Part shown: positions 28,858 to 40,326 of the stretch, piece after piece | Layout: the number at the start of each line of letters is the position of its first letter | How positions within the stretch are numbered: position 1 is the stretch's first letter | Program-made: the position numbers and the translations under genes | The notes under the pieces: model-generated | Seen by the model: only the letters and a program-made list of their open reading frames with translations | Database searches by the model: none | Told to the model about the DNA's origin: nothing | Virus record (IMG/VR): IMGVR_UViG_3300005340_000005 | Reading direction: 5' to 3' (one strand) | DNA length: 64,000 bases | Source of the DNA: an uncultured virus (IMG/VR IMGVR_UViG_3300005340_000005) | Taxonomy: Duplodnaviria; Heunggongvirae; Uroviricota; Caudoviricetes

Positions 28858-29547
28858 ATGGCCCTGTCGATCACGCAAATTGAAGCCCTGATTGTTGAAA
28901 TCCTCAACGCGTCGCAGCCGGGGAGCGCGTACGGCGCGATCGTGTCCAGACGCTTCAAGGATGGCGAACTCAAGGACGTGATTGTTGCGGGCGACACATC
29001 GGTAGTCCGGTCGATTCTCAACACTCGCGGTCACGGACGCCGCAAAGACTTTATGACCGGTTCCGCTTCGGGGCTCGCCCACGGCGCACAGCTTGCCACC
29101 CGTTGCGGACCAATTGAGGCAATCACGTTCGTTATAACCAGCGGCAAGTATGCCGGGACTGTCTTCCCGCAGGAGTGGGGGGACACTAACGAAAACCGGC
29201 TAGAACTCGAGCAGGACATCCGCAACCCTCTCAATAATCCCTTCGTCTTTCCTACCTTCATCTTGAGCGGTGACACCATCTTCCATAACGGAGCCGGGCT
29301 GATTCGCGGCGGCGCGTCGGTCGTGAGTGTAGCCGCAACCTGGTGCAACTTTGCTCAGATCGCAAACACCTGTCAGGCGCCTGATGAATTCCTTCGACCG
29401 GTAGCCCTGGCGGCGATCGCGATCGCGGTCCAGAAGGACGGGCAGCGAACCAATGCCGGTCAGATGTTTCACGCGATGTACTCGGCAGAGATGCAGGAGC
29501 GAGACGTACCTGGCGCGGAGATACCGCAGGAGGCACAAGCGGCCTAA
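28858..29547 (+). CDS. putative adaptor-like structural protein
   Basis: Helix-beta-helix layout like the neighbouring adaptors. Confidence 0.5.
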   Translation: MALSITQIEALIVEILNASQPGSAYGAIVSRRFKDGELKDVIVAGDTSVVRSILNTRGHGRRKDFMTGSASGLAHGAQLATRCGPIEAITFVITSGKYAGTVFPQEWGDTNENRLELEQDIRNPLNNPFVFPTFILSGDTIFHNGAGLIRGGASVVSVAATWCNFAQIANTCQAPDEFLRPVALAAIAIAVQKDGQRTNAGQMFHAMYSAEMQERDVPGAEIPQEAQAA

Positions 29548-29792
29548 TGGCGAAACAAGCTTTCAGAGTCGGTTCTAAGGCGAAGGTCAAACTCGATGGA
29601 ACCTGGACTCTCGCACGCATAGCGGCATTCGAAGACGGCGGCCTTGCCAGGCTGGAGAGGCTCGATCAGGAGAAGGGCATACCGGCTGAGCACCGAACGG
29701 TTTACGCGAGAGTTGCCGACCTGAGAACGGTAAAGGATCCGCCCGTGAAGACACCGGAGCCTCAGCCTCAGATGGAAGAGGAGCAACCTTGA
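29547..29792 (+). CDS. small SH3-like protein
   Basis: FRVGSKAKV..WTLARI pattern. Confidence 0.6.
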   Translation: MAKQAFRVGSKAKVKLDGTWTLARIAAFEDGGLARLERLDQEKGIPAEHRTVYARVADLRTVKDPPVKTPEPQPQMEEEQP

Positions 29793-30319
29793 CCGACGAT
29801 GAGTTTGTCCAAAAGGTACGCGACCGGGGCAAGCTGCTCGGCCTGACGCTTGCGCCCGACACGCTATGGACGGCGATGGATGACGCGCTCGCCGAACTGA
29901 GCGAGGAGGCCTCGAACGGTCGGTATCCGCTTCTCCAAAAGGATTTTACCGTTGCGATGGTCTCGGGCGTGGCCGACATGAGCGCGATTAGCGACGCGAC
30001 TCTTAGCAGTATCCTGGTGAAGTCCATTCGTAACGTCCGTGGCGCAGACGGGACCGAGTGGCTACGCGACTACTCGCGAGCCGGTCTCAGCCACGAAAAG
30101 CTAGCCTTGGGGCGAATCTGGTTTGCCGTAACGAACAACAGCCTTTACGGGATGCTCGATGACGGCCTGACCCTTCCTGACGATCAAAACGTCACCTTCA
30201 ACGCCCATTTCTGCCCGGTCATTACTTCGGTTCCTCCGGAGCTTGAGAATGAACTAATTGACATCGGGCTTTCTTACGCGATTCGCCCGACGCCAGAGGT
30301 GGCAGTAGACACAGTATGA
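29789..30319 (+). CDS. putative adaptor-like structural protein
   Basis: TTGA overlap; VPPELENELIDI C-terminal helix. Confidence 0.5.
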   Translation: MTDDEFVQKVRDRGKLLGLTLAPDTLWTAMDDALAELSEEASNGRYPLLQKDFTVAMVSGVADMSAISDATLSSILVKSIRNVRGADGTEWLRDYSRAGLSHEKLALGRIWFAVTNNSLYGMLDDGLTLPDDQNVTFNAHFCPVITSVPPELENELIDIGLSYAIRPTPEVAVDTV

Positions 30320-31026
30320 GTGACGAAGTGTACGATCCAGCCAGGCCGCCCTGGGATAAGTCCATTCCCGGCACACATCCAGCACTGCGGTCGCTCAAGG
30401 CGACAAAGGCGGAGGTTCGGAAGTTTCGCGACGAGGCTATCAAGATGGCTCAGTCGTCGGAGGCCACGGACAAACAACGGTTTCTCTCTAATGCCGAGTT
30501 TCAGGAGTTTCACAATCGAACCCAGCTGGCCTCCGCTCTTCAATACCGTGAGCCCAAAATCACCCTCATCAAGTACCGGCGAGGGCTGATCACTGCGCTG
30601 CTCGAGCAGGGCAAGTTTGATGAAGCCAGAACTGAAGCCGAAGCATCACGTCCAAAGGCGGCATTCAAGGATCTGAGACACCGCGCCGACGAGTGGGAAG
30701 CGGCCGACAGTCTTGCCGATGATCACGAGTGCGGATGTGAACGCGAGCAGACATCAATCACCGTCGGGACGAAGGAAGTTCCGATTGAGCTTCCACGGCG
30801 ATTCGTAGACGGGCGGATGTACTCCCGCGGCCGCGACGAAGTAATTGATCTCTGGCGCTGCCGGCATTGTCGAACATTGAACGGGCACGATCTCGGGCCG
30901 CCAACTCATCAGGCGGGCATTCATCAGGTTCGCGCTGAACTCGCGCGCGTGTCTGAAAGACAGATCCTCGAGAAGGGCATCCCGGCAAATATGGGGGACG
31001 CGGTCTTATTGAAGCCTCGCACTTGA
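30316..31026 (+). CDS. hypothetical protein with Cys motifs
   Basis: HECGC...CRHC. Confidence 0.65.
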   Translation: MSDEVYDPARPPWDKSIPGTHPALRSLKATKAEVRKFRDEAIKMAQSSEATDKQRFLSNAEFQEFHNRTQLASALQYREPKITLIKYRRGLITALLEQGKFDEARTEAEASRPKAAFKDLRHRADEWEAADSLADDHECGCEREQTSITVGTKEVPIELPRRFVDGRMYSRGRDEVIDLWRCRHCRTLNGHDLGPPTHQAGIHQVRAELARVSERQILEKGIPANMGDAVLLKPRT

Positions 31027-32702
31027 TACCTGGCACTATGGACCCACAACCCTTCCAAATTGACTGGAGTTTCAGTAACGGGTTCTACAATGCGCCCGCG
31101 TGGGCCGTGGTGCCCGGAACCTACCGCGACTCGCTCAATCTATGGCTGAAGGCTCAAAACTCTGTCTCCGACCGGGGCTACTCGACGGCCGGTACCGGCG
31201 GCGGCTTTCCTCTCTACAACTGTAACGAGCAAGCGGGGGGGATGTCGGGCGGCATCGGCAACGGCCTGATTCATCTCGACATCCCCTGGTTTGCTGGATC
31301 CGGTAACTTCCTGCTGGACGGGGCCTCACAGGGCGCATCAACTGGCAAAGTCATGCTCCGTATCGGCGGCGTCACTTACGCCGCAGGCCTGAGCAAGCCA
31401 GGCGCGGCCCCCGGCCTTGCCGCAAGCGCTGCTGCCAGTTCCCTGATCAACGGAGCGTATGCAGTCGCCTATTCCAAGTACCGACAGACCACGGGCGCTG
31501 TCTCCTCGAGAAGTCCGATCAGCCTGGCGGTGGCGGCCAGGAACAAGAAGCTCACAGTCACCCTGCCGGCTGATCCCGGGGATGGGACGACTCACTATCT
31601 GCTCTATGGCACGCGCAAGAACTTCGGCGGGTCCGGAGTCGTCTTCAGGATTACCACGGTTGCCGCTATCCCGGTCACTGCTGGCGTCCAAACCGTAGAC
31701 ATTGAGTATCAGGATGGGGACCTTGGAGGGCTCGCGCCTCTCGCGAATGATCCTTCCCCGACCTGTACACACGTCGCAGTTCTGGGCGACGTGGTTTGCG
31801 CAATCACCGTCGGCGGTCTGATCTATCCATCTCTGATCGGCCAGCCTGAAGCGTTCGATCTGACAAAGGTCGTTCGGTTGCCCAACGGACAAGCTCCGAC
31901 CGGAGTGCTGCACGGAGTTGACGGCGGTGTCTTTGTTTCAACGCGGTCGTCGTTGGTCATCCTAATCCTGACAGGTGTGCCTGACTTTCCGGTTCTTCCC
32001 CGTGGTGTCTGGTCGAATACCGGTTTCTCTCACGGGAATGCTTTCTGCCTGGCGGGGCCGGAGCTCTACGGGATGTCGAGCTCCGGGTTGCCGGTTCGCA
32101 CGCAGGGTAGCAAGGAGCCTGACTACTCTTTCGGCGAAGCGGTTGCGAAGCGGATGAAGGATGACGGTTTCACCGGGGCGAATGCCGTAGTCGTTCACGA
32201 CGAGGCAAATGGCTGCGTTCTCTACTGCGGCCCGAGTGCGAGCCTCGGCGGATCGGTCGCGTGGCCCTTTATGCTCAACAACAATCGATGGGGGGGGCCA
32301 ATCAGAATCGCGGGAACTCCCAATGCGGCGGTTGCAATTGGGGGGCTGGGGAAGGTTCAGGTTGGAAGTCAGTTGTACTCGTTAGATAGCGCCGGTGGGA
32401 ATCCCTCTGGTGGCTGGTTTGGTCAATCGGCACACCAAGGGGCGAACGGCAAGATTATGACCATCGATTCCTATAGAGCTCAGGCGAGCGGCGCGATGAT
32501 TCACGACCTGTTGAAGGACCTGACGAATACTACAATCGGTGGTCCCTTCCCGCTGAACTTCACCCCTCCTCACGGTGATCCCGCTGTTCAAAAGCTCAAC
32601 GACAAATGCGACAGCATCGCCCTGAAGATCTCCGGCACCATCGGCAACCAGCAGTTCTACGAAGCGCACATCGAAGGAACTGTTGAACCGGGTACGCACT
32701 AA
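31023..32702 (+). CDS. putative tail nozzle/stabilisation protein
   Basis: 559 aa, beta-propeller-like (YPSLIGQPEAF), position in the tail block; start may be ATG 31038. Confidence 0.6.
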   Translation: MIPGTMDPQPFQIDWSFSNGFYNAPAWAVVPGTYRDSLNLWLKAQNSVSDRGYSTAGTGGGFPLYNCNEQAGGMSGGIGNGLIHLDIPWFAGSGNFLLDGASQGASTGKVMLRIGGVTYAAGLSKPGAAPGLAASAAASSLINGAYAVAYSKYRQTTGAVSSRSPISLAVAARNKKLTVTLPADPGDGTTHYLLYGTRKNFGGSGVVFRITTVAAIPVTAGVQTVDIEYQDGDLGGLAPLANDPSPTCTHVAVLGDVVCAITVGGLIYPSLIGQPEAFDLTKVVRLPNGQAPTGVLHGVDGGVFVSTRSSLVILILTGVPDFPVLPRGVWSNTGFSHGNAFCLAGPELYGMSSSGLPVRTQGSKEPDYSFGEAVAKRMKDDGFTGANAVVVHDEANGCVLYCGPSASLGGSVAWPFMLNNNRWGGPIRIAGTPNAAVAIGGLGKVQVGSQLYSLDSAGGNPSGGWFGQSAHQGANGKIMTIDSYRAQASGAMIHDLLKDLTNTTIGGPFPLNFTPPHGDPAVQKLNDKCDSIALKISGTIGNQQFYEAHIEGTVEPGTH

Positions 32703-35132
32703 ATGGCAGTCAAACAACAGAGTGGTGGAAATCAGCCAGGCAATACCGCTGCAGTTGATCTCCTTGGCGTGTCCCTCGCAGGGATGCAGAATCAGATCAA
32801 CGCGCTCGGCGAAGTCGACCGCTCGCTTACGAGTTCCGTCTCCGAGCCGGAAATTGATACAAGCTTCACTCCGGTCTTCCGCCTCGACAACAAGGGTGCC
32901 TGGGTCACGATAGGAATCCTCTTCCCGCCGGGAACGATTGAAATCAAAGTCCTGATGGTCATCACGTCACTTAGGACCAACCAGGCCGCATTCGAAACCG
33001 CCAGCTTCCACGTTTCCATCAAAGACCTTCAAGCCGACGAGATCGCCATCGGCCGATGCGTACGCGAGCTCAATAAGCGGCTCTACTTCGAAACTCAATA
33101 CGACATCTACCGGCTGAAGTCATTCACGCTTGCGGTGGGTGCGGCGGCAGAGGTCAGCAATCCAGACGGTGACGTGCTCTTCAACGACGTGCCACTTTTA
33201 CAGTTCACGACACCGGGCCTTTTCGGTCTACCTTCGTCGCCGGCGCTCGCGTTGATCAAGGACAATAAGCTTGATCTGAAGACGCGAGAACACGATGCGT
33301 ATGTTGTGCTCAGGGTGTGGGCGCCCACGACACTGGCCGGAGCGGCGCAGACCTGGGCCGCTTCGGGATGCGACCAGCTGACGGTGGTAGTCCGAAGGGA
33401 CGATGTTTCTCCGACGGTGCTGATCAAGAAAGAAATTCAGATCACCGCCGCGGAGACTCTTGTAGATGCCGCCTCGACGCCCGTCGCCAATCGTGGCTAT
33501 ATCGACGTTCTCTTCGACGCTCTTCGAGTCGGCGGCGATTATTCGTGGCTGAAGAATGTCGCCTATACCAACGGAGAGAAGAAGGAATCGACGGGCTCGT
33601 TAGTAACGTTTATCGGCGGCAATCTTGGAGTCAATCCGGCAGCACTGGCGAGCGTTTCCTTTACGGTCCAGGATACTGACCCCTTCGACGGGAAGCACCG
33701 GAACGTGAGTTTGAACCTGACCCAGCCTGCCGCGGTGGTCGCGTTGAAGCATTTAAAGATCGAGGTATCGGTATTCGGTTCTGGGATATTCGACACGAGA
33801 GTTGCGAAGTTCACGCTCCGAGATGACGAGTGGCACACGGTCGGCGCAAAGATCATTCCCGTCCGGACCATTAAGCTGAAGCACAACAAGAGCTATACGC
33901 TGCGGGGAACGATTACGGCTCTGGGAGGACTGCCGCTCGTCTTCACCCAGAACATAGGAGTTGCCGGCAGCGAGGATGTTCTTAGCGATACTGGAGTACC
34001 AACGGGGCTTGCCGCGCCGATCATTGACTGGACAGCCGAAGGACGGTTGCAGGTGCGCAACCTGAACTTTGGGACGTTGACGCCGGATCAGTCGCAAACA
34101 AACACGATACAAAAGAAGTATCTGCTCATTTGGGACGGAGCGGGTAACTACCTGGATATTGTCAACAAGGCGCTGACAACGAATCCGGTGCTGGCCCTGT
34201 TCGAAGTTGGCCTGAAATCCCATCTCAATCTCGATAGCATCAAAAAAAAGATCTACAAGAACGTATTTGGTTCGGGTGGCAATTTTTGCGCAGCGTGGCT
34301 CGCGTCCAACAGTCTCTTGCCGTCGCTCGGATTCAGCGCGCAGAGCGCGAATAGCAACTTTCTGAACGTCGCCACGATGAATGACGTGATAGCTGACGGC
34401 TCGGATGGAATCGCAGGACTCGACGCGACCGCCGTTATGAACACTCGCGGCCAGCTGTTCCCGAACAGCGACTATACGTTTTCGCGCGCATCTGCCACAT
34501 CGCTCGCTTCCGTGACCCGCAGGGTGGCGCCGTTCACGGCGGATACTACGATTACGACAACAACGACGGATGCCGTGTTCTGGGATACGGCCAACGACTG
34601 GATCGTATGGCGAGATAGTTCCAATGAAATCTGGGTGCCGCTCAAAAAGAACATAAAGGGAAGAGAGATTCTGACCTGTTCGTTTCAGGTGAAGACTGAC
34701 GGGAGTTTCGGCGCGGTGCCAATCATAACGATGCGGCTTTCGGACAACTCGCCGACGGACCTGACCGTGACGCCTGCTCCAATCACGCTTACTGGGTTAA
34801 CCACCTCATTTCTGGTGTTCGGGGGAACAATAGAGATTATTCCAAACCTTTCTGCGATTGGTAATCGGTTTTTGGTCTTCAAGACCACGGCGACTCTCGG
34901 CGCACTTAACAATATCATCATGGATAAAGACATGCTGGTGCGCGGCCGACAGATGGCGGCGTGGGCTCCGCGTCCGCAGTATGAACTAGGACAGGGCGGC
35001 ACGGAAGACCCCGACACGACCCCAACAGCAACCCCGCCCGTGATGGTCGATCTTGGGCGAGCCATTGGAATACAGGGTGGGGGATGGCCAGGTGAGGGGT
35101 TCGGGGGACCGCTGACATTTTCACCGCAGTGA
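32703..35132 (+). CDS. tail protein (beta-rich, C-terminal carbohydrate-binding-like segment)
   Basis: 809 aa, T/V/S-rich; QLFPNSDY...MLVRG..AAWAP pattern. Confidence 0.6.
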   Translation: MAVKQQSGGNQPGNTAAVDLLGVSLAGMQNQINALGEVDRSLTSSVSEPEIDTSFTPVFRLDNKGAWVTIGILFPPGTIEIKVLMVITSLRTNQAAFETASFHVSIKDLQADEIAIGRCVRELNKRLYFETQYDIYRLKSFTLAVGAAAEVSNPDGDVLFNDVPLLQFTTPGLFGLPSSPALALIKDNKLDLKTREHDAYVVLRVWAPTTLAGAAQTWAASGCDQLTVVVRRDDVSPTVLIKKEIQITAAETLVDAASTPVANRGYIDVLFDALRVGGDYSWLKNVAYTNGEKKESTGSLVTFIGGNLGVNPAALASVSFTVQDTDPFDGKHRNVSLNLTQPAAVVALKHLKIEVSVFGSGIFDTRVAKFTLRDDEWHTVGAKIIPVRTIKLKHNKSYTLRGTITALGGLPLVFTQNIGVAGSEDVLSDTGVPTGLAAPIIDWTAEGRLQVRNLNFGTLTPDQSQTNTIQKKYLLIWDGAGNYLDIVNKALTTNPVLALFEVGLKSHLNLDSIKKKIYKNVFGSGGNFCAAWLASNSLLPSLGFSAQSANSNFLNVATMNDVIADGSDGIAGLDATAVMNTRGQLFPNSDYTFSRASATSLASVTRRVAPFTADTTITTTTTDAVFWDTANDWIVWRDSSNEIWVPLKKNIKGREILTCSFQVKTDGSFGAVPIITMRLSDNSPTDLTVTPAPITLTGLTTSFLVFGGTIEIIPNLSAIGNRFLVFKTTATLGALNNIIMDKDMLVRGRQMAAWAPRPQYELGQGGTEDPDTTPTATPPVMVDLGRAIGIQGGGWPGEGFGGPLTFSPQ

Positions 35133-35138
35133 GGAACT

Positions 35139-35603
35139 ATGGTACATCCAAGTAAAAAGGCGGCGGCGATTGCAACCGCGGAGAGCCAGCGTCAAGCGGC
35201 GTTTCTTACGCGAGATCTCGTTGCTTACACGGAGGCCGAATCCAAGATGGCCGCACTTGAGGCGATGGCCGATGAGTACACGTGCCTCCACTGCGGACAA
35301 GACTGTCCGGCTGACACTCCCCATGTGGAGCTTCTTATCGCCGCGATGGTGGTCTTTGATCTTGCCGTCCCGACGATGCCGAATGCGGAGTTCATTCAAT
35401 TGCATATGGCGGGGGCGGATACCGACGGAGTGGAGCAGCAAATCCCGATTCCAGACGCGAAACCGGAACTGGCCGCTCGGGAGCGTTACGATTTCGGAAT
35501 TCAGAACGTTGCCAACGGCGGGCTCGGACGGCGGATCAAGATATGCGCCAGGTGCGTGAAGAAACTGAAGATCCACCCTCGAGATTACATTGAGATGAGG
35601 TAG
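35139..35603 (+). CDS. hypothetical zinc-binding protein
   Basis: GAGGA SD; CLHCG...CARC. Confidence 0.6.
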   Translation: MVHPSKKAAAIATAESQRQAAFLTRDLVAYTEAESKMAALEAMADEYTCLHCGQDCPADTPHVELLIAAMVVFDLAVPTMPNAEFIQLHMAGADTDGVEQQIPIPDAKPELAARERYDFGIQNVANGGLGRRIKICARCVKKLKIHPRDYIEMR

Positions 35604-35607
35604 TTAT

Positions 35608-35636
35608 TTGACCTTGAGCGGCTTTGACCGTAGAAT
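35608..35636 (+). promoter_or_regulatory. sigma70-like promoter
   Basis: TTGACC-N17-TAGAAT. Confidence 0.6.
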
Positions 35637-35713
35637 GCGGACCAGCAGGCTACCGCTAGTTTTTCCAACCCCGCCTTTAAAGCTTTCCGCTTTTCCCTCA
35701 GAAGGAGCCCTCT

Positions 35714-36556
35714 ATGTCGTTCCTCGGTGATTTGTTCCTGGGCGCCAGACCTGATATGCGACTCCCCGGTTACGCCGAAGGCATGATCAATAAGATCGAC
35801 ACCAACGTAAATCCAAAGATGTCGTGGGCCGGGAAACAGTACAAGCACATCGGCCACCAGTATGAACAGGACCCGATGAGCCTCGCCTCCGTTTCTCAGG
35901 CGCAAGGTGCGGGGGATCTCCGAGACTTCGACGAGTCGGGAATGGAAGGGGCGAATCAGCTTATTGCGAATAGCGGTGGCGAGCAGGGGCTCGCGATGTC
36001 GAATGCTCGCTCTGTCGGCCGGGAGCGGATCAAGGAGCGGACCGGGCTCAATTCGATCAACGAGGCGAACTCGAAATACTTCAACGCGCTCGGCGGCCAG
36101 GCTGACGCCTCGAACGCGCTCCAGCAGCAGATTATGGCGAAGTACGGCTTGATGTCCAACCTGATGAATACCGGGTATGACGCGACGAGGAAGGGTGGCG
36201 TTTTCAATCCGCAGACGATCGCAAACACGATGCAGGCTTTTGCTGGCGGCGCGGGTTCGGCAATCGGCGCTGGTAAGGGCGGAGGGGGTTCCTGTTGGGT
36301 GGCCATGGCTCTGTACGGCGACGACGATGCGCGCACTCACCTGCTGCGCCACTGGATCAACAGCGTCTGGGCGAAGGAGTCCTGCGTCGGGGCTGCATTC
36401 CTCAGTCTATATCTGCGCTTCGGCGTAAAAGCGGCGGTGATCGTGAAGCGCAACCGGCTCGCGCGGTGGGCGGCGCGGCTCGTGTTCGACCGACTGCTAG
36501 AAGCGGCTACGGTTCGGTATCTCGCCGATCGGCGGGAGGCGGCGTACGCACTATGA
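35714..36556 (+). CDS. putative DNA-ejection/pilot protein with CFI-box-like C-terminal domain
   Basis: G/A/Q/N-rich body, then [29 protein letters not shown]. Confidence 0.65.
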   Translation: MSFLGDLFLGARPDMRLPGYAEGMINKIDTNVNPKMSWAGKQYKHIGHQYEQDPMSLASVSQAQGAGDLRDFDESGMEGANQLIANSGGEQGLAMSNARSVGRERIKERTGLNSINEANSKYFNALGGQADASNALQQQIMAKYGLMSNLMNTGYDATRKGGVFNPQTIANTMQAFAGGAGSAIGAGKGGGGSCWVAMALYGDDDARTHLLRHWINSVWAKESCVGAAFLSLYLRFGVKAAVIVKRNRLARWAARLVFDRLLEAATVRYLADRREAAYAL

Positions 36557-39500
36557 AGACTCTCACCCGAATCTGCCTCCTGGTCTGCGTGCTAAGCCTG
36601 TCGGCGCTCGCGACTCACGCGAAGACAATCACCATACCCCAGCAGACGGGCCTGCCCTGGGCTCGCACCGCAGCGCCCTTGGTCTACGTCTTCTCCGACA
36701 AAACCTATCTCGCCGTCGACTATCCCTCGAACGGTGTGAACACAATCATCTTCGCGGGCTCGCCGACCAATCTCAACGCGTTCAAGAAGGTGACCTGCAC
36801 TCTGCTCTCCGGAACGGTGACGATTCCGACGTTCACCATTCCCTCGACGATCGACGGCCAGGACGCGACCGATGCGCATTTGAGCTTCTACCTGTACGAT
36901 AGCGTAAGCAAGGCAAAGATCGGGCCGTTCGGTGATTACGTAAACCTGATGGTCCCGAATACGATCGCGTCGGCCAGTAGCTGTAGCCCGGTTGGGACCT
37001 GCGCGACTCTTTCGGACCTCAAGATCTACAATGCGGGTTCGCCTTCGCTTCCGCCTGACACCTATTACACTCGGCGCGACGTTGATCAAAAGATTGCTGC
37101 CGTCTCCAATTCTGGCCTGCAGGATCCGGGCTCGAATGGGATCGTCGTCCGGACTGGCGCGCTCACTACTGTGCCGGTGTCGATTGCTGTCGGCTCGAAC
37201 TTGTCGATCGCGAACGCGAATGGGACGACTGGTAATCCAACAATCAGCCTCGGGACTTTGGTACCTGTCTCCGTTGTCAATGACACGAACATTCAGGGCT
37301 CAATCGCAGGGAATGCTCTGACTCTCAGCTTTGCGGGGACGCTCAGCAAGGCGAGGCAAAACGCGACAACGGTCTACGCCGATCAGGCCAACACCTTCGG
37401 GGCGTTCATCCAAACCTTTCAGGCCGGCGCGAATCATCTTCTCGTCGATCCGTCTGACCTCACGAAGAAGTTCCAATTCGATGCCTCGAACGTCGGGACC
37501 GGGGCGACTCGAACGGTCAACATCCCCAACGCGAACAGCACGACGGTGCAGAGCTCGAGCGCTGGGGCCAATCAGTTTGCGAATGCGATCTCGGCTCAGG
37601 GCGTGGTGGGTTACGCTCAGCCTGCCTTCTCAAATCTGTCGGGTACGGCGGGCGTCACGCAGGGAGGCACGGGCTTAGCCTCCGGGACTTCTGGCGGAGT
37701 GCTCTACTTCTCGGCGGGTACGACAATCGCCTCGTCGGCAGCGCTGGCAGCGAATCAACTCGTTCTGGGAGGTGGCGCAGGAGTCGCGCCGACAACGCTC
37801 GGATCGCTGGGCACCACGACCACTGTTTACCACGGCAACGCGGCCGGCGCGGGCTCCTTTGCGGCGGTCAATCTGGCGGCCGACGTGTCGGGGAATCTCC
37901 CCGTCACCAACCTCAACAGCGGCACAAGCGCGTCGAGTTCGACATTCTGGAGAGGCGACGGACAGTGGGCAACGCCTTCGGGTTCAGGTGATGTCTCCTC
38001 GAACACAGCGACCTCAGTTGATTCCGAGATCGCCCTGTTCAACGGGACCTCTGGGAAGTCCATCAAACGTGGGACGGGGTCGGGAATAGCAAAGGTCGCT
38101 TCTGGCGTCTTCTCCGTCGTCGCGGCTCCCGCTGGCGCGATCGTCGGCGACACCGACGTCCAGACCCTTACCAACAAGGCCCTGACCGCAAGCACCAATG
38201 TCCTGGGCGGCGTCTTGATGACGCTGGGGTCGGATGCCACGGGCGATATCTACTACCGAAACAGCGGCGGCCTGTTGACTCGCCTCGGAGTGGGCGCGAA
38301 CGGAAACGTGCTGACTCTTGCGGGCGGCATTCCCTCGTGGGCTGGCTCGACCTCCGGTATCACGACGCTCAACACTCTCGTTGCTGCGACTCAAACCTTT
38401 GCGGTAGGCACGGCCGGAACTGACTTTGCGATTTCGTCGGTCACCTCAACCCACACTTTCAACATTCCAAGCGCGTCGGCTACAGCTCGAGGACTGATCA
38501 CAACTGGAGCGCAAACCATCGCGGGGTCGAAGACTTTCACCGGTCAGACGGTGATGGCGGCCACGACTCCAAGCGACCTGGTTGGAACTCAGCTGCGGAT
38601 CGACGGGACGCTGACCAAAGACAACGCGACGGTCTTCATCTCGACGGATAACAGGACCTCTCAGATTGCTTCCACGGACGCTGTGGGACTACACATCGTC
38701 GACGGAAATGCTTCAGCTAAGCTTGCCGCCTGGGGCGCAAATATCGTCACGGTCAAGGACGTGGCAGACCCGGCCTCCTACGTGATGGGGCTGGATGTCG
38801 ATGTCTCGAACAATACGGCAGAGACCGGAATTCACACGGTAGGCCCGACTGCTCTGATCGGAGTCATCACCGGGTACATCTTCAGCGCGAATCACGCGAC
38901 TGCAGCCTTTGCTTCCTCCGCTATTTCGGGCGTGAACTCCACCAAGAGCTGGTACACAGGTTTCCTTGTGGACGGCATCACCACGACCGGAGAAGCGGTC
39001 TACGTAATGGATGGCCAGTCAAGCGGCGGCGGCCTTGGAAACGGATTCCAAACAACTGGCGTAGTTGGGGGATTCACTGGCGGCGGCATCTACCTGGGTA
39101 ATAATCACAAGATTACCCAGAACGACAACGGCGGTGTTCAGCGAACAATCCTCAATCTCGACACCTCCAACATTCTGCAAATCGGGGGCGCTGGAATAGC
39201 GAAGGTCGCGATCACTAAGCCCGCGTCTACAAGCGGCCCTGCGGTGGCGCTGACCGTCACTCAAATAACGCCGAACAGCACCGATACGAGCGATGCGGCC
39301 CTGACCCTGACCCACACTCTCTCGGCGGTTTCCGCGACGAACGAGCTGATCACTCGAGTGTTCCAGCTAAGCGCCGGAAATAGCCTGACGGGTGGCGGCG
39401 CGATGTCGAATCTGCGGGTCTTGAACCTGGCAACAAACACAAGCGCCTCGACGACGACGACGGCGCTGGCTCACATCTATCTCGAGACCGGCTCGACGGC

Positions 39501-39966
39501 AGGCACGGTTGGAACTGGCTACGGAATCTTCATAGGCGGCGTGCAGGGAACGGCCAAGTTTGGAATCTTTGATAACTCTGCCTCGCCTTGGTTTATGGGG
39601 GGTACGTTCGTATCGCTTCACCTTCAAGGCGGATCGGCTGCGCCTTCCATTGCGGCGAACACCGGCGCTGGCACCACCCCAACGGTGAGTTTGACCACGG
39701 CTACCGATGAGGCGGGGGTAGTGAACGTGACGACCGGTACCGGTCCGGTCGGCGGCGTGTCCGTGGTGACGATCACCTTTAACACGACCTTTGGCGTCGC
39801 GCCGATCGTGGTACTCACCCCTATCAATAATTTCGCGGCGGCGCTCTCTGGAGTCGCGCAGGTGTATGTATCATCGACCAGCACGACTCAGTTTGTTATC
39901 AGCGTGGGATCGAGTGCGCTGGCCGCTTCCACGGCTTACAAGTGGGCCTATCACGTTATTCAGTAA
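36553..39966 (+). CDS. tail fibre/adhesin-like protein (1137 aa) with N-terminal signal peptide
   Basis: ATG 36553 (ATGA overlap, GGAGG SD); [23 protein letters not shown]; fibre motifs [28 protein letters not shown]. Confidence 0.8.
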   Translation: MKTLTRICLLVCVLSLSALATHAKTITIPQQTGLPWARTAAPLVYVFSDKTYLAVDYPSNGVNTIIFAGSPTNLNAFKKVTCTLLSGTVTIPTFTIPSTIDGQDATDAHLSFYLYDSVSKAKIGPFGDYVNLMVPNTIASASSCSPVGTCATLSDLKIYNAGSPSLPPDTYYTRRDVDQKIAAVSNSGLQDPGSNGIVVRTGALTTVPVSIAVGSNLSIANANGTTGNPTISLGTLVPVSVVNDTNIQGSIAGNALTLSFAGTLSKARQNATTVYADQANTFGAFIQTFQAGANHLLVDPSDLTKKFQFDASNVGTGATRTVNIPNANSTTVQSSSAGANQFANAISAQGVVGYAQPAFSNLSGTAGVTQGGTGLASGTSGGVLYFSAGTTIASSAALAANQLVLGGGAGVAPTTLGSLGTTTTVYHGNAAGAGSFAAVNLAADVSGNLPVTNLNSGTSASSSTFWRGDGQWATPSGSGDVSSNTATSVDSEIALFNGTSGKSIKRGTGSGIAKVASGVFSVVAAPAGAIVGDTDVQTLTNKALTASTNVLGGVLMTLGSDATGDIYYRNSGGLLTRLGVGANGNVLTLAGGIPSWAGSTSGITTLNTLVAATQTFAVGTAGTDFAISSVTSTHTFNIPSASATARGLITTGAQTIAGSKTFTGQTVMAATTPSDLVGTQLRIDGTLTKDNATVFISTDNRTSQIASTDAVGLHIVDGNASAKLAAWGANIVTVKDVADPASYVMGLDVDVSNNTAETGIHTVGPTALIGVITGYIFSANHATAAFASSAISGVNSTKSWYTGFLVDGITTTGEAVYVMDGQSSGGGLGNGFQTTGVVGGFTGGGIYLGNNHKITQNDNGGVQRTILNLDTSNILQIGGAGIAKVAITKPASTSGPAVALTVTQITPNSTDTSDAALTLTHTLSAVSATNELITRVFQLSAGNSLTGGGAMSNLRVLNLATNTSASTTTTALAHIYLETGSTAGTVGTGYGIFIGGVQGTAKFGIFDNSASPWFMGGTFVSLHLQGGSAAPSIAANTGAGTTPTVSLTTATDEAGVVNVTTGTGPVGGVSVVTITFNTTFGVAPIVVLTPINNFAAALSGVAQVYVSSTSTTQFVISVGSSALAASTAYKWAYHVIQ

Positions 39967-39975
39967 GGAGAGACA

Positions 39976-40326
39976 GTGAAACGACTTCTTGCAATCGCAT
40001 TTGTTCTTTGTGCAACCATCGCGCTCTGCGCACAGACTGTGACACCGCCCGAGATGGCCGCGATTGCGAAACTCCCACCTCCTGCGGTCGTGCTGGTCTA
40101 TCGCACGCTCGGCATCCAGAGGGTGCCTCGCTTCGAACAGGTGTGGGTCTACAGCTATCGAGGCTTCGCAACAGAAGCGGAGGCGCTCAAATTCCTCGGC
40201 GACGAGGATATGCCCGATGATCGCTTCGTCGGGCTCTACAAGGTAGGCGCCAAGGTCGAGGTTCAGGTGCAAGAGACCACTGAAGTAGTCGCGCCGAAGA
40301 AGGTTAGAAAGTGGAGGAAACCATGA
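39976..40326 (+). CDS. secreted protein
   Basis: Signal peptide MKRLLAIAFVLCATIALCA. Confidence 0.7.
   Translation: MKRLLAIAFVLCATIALCAQTVTPPEMAAIAKLPPPAVVLVYRTLGIQRVPRFEQVWVYSYRGFATEAEALKFLGDEDMPDDRFVGLYKVGAKVEVQVQETTEVVAPKKVRKWRKP

Noticed and set aside
36295..36552. N-terminal extension of the fibre ORF in the track
   Set aside because: It overlaps the upstream gene; ATG 36553 has an SD, a stop/start overlap and a signal peptide
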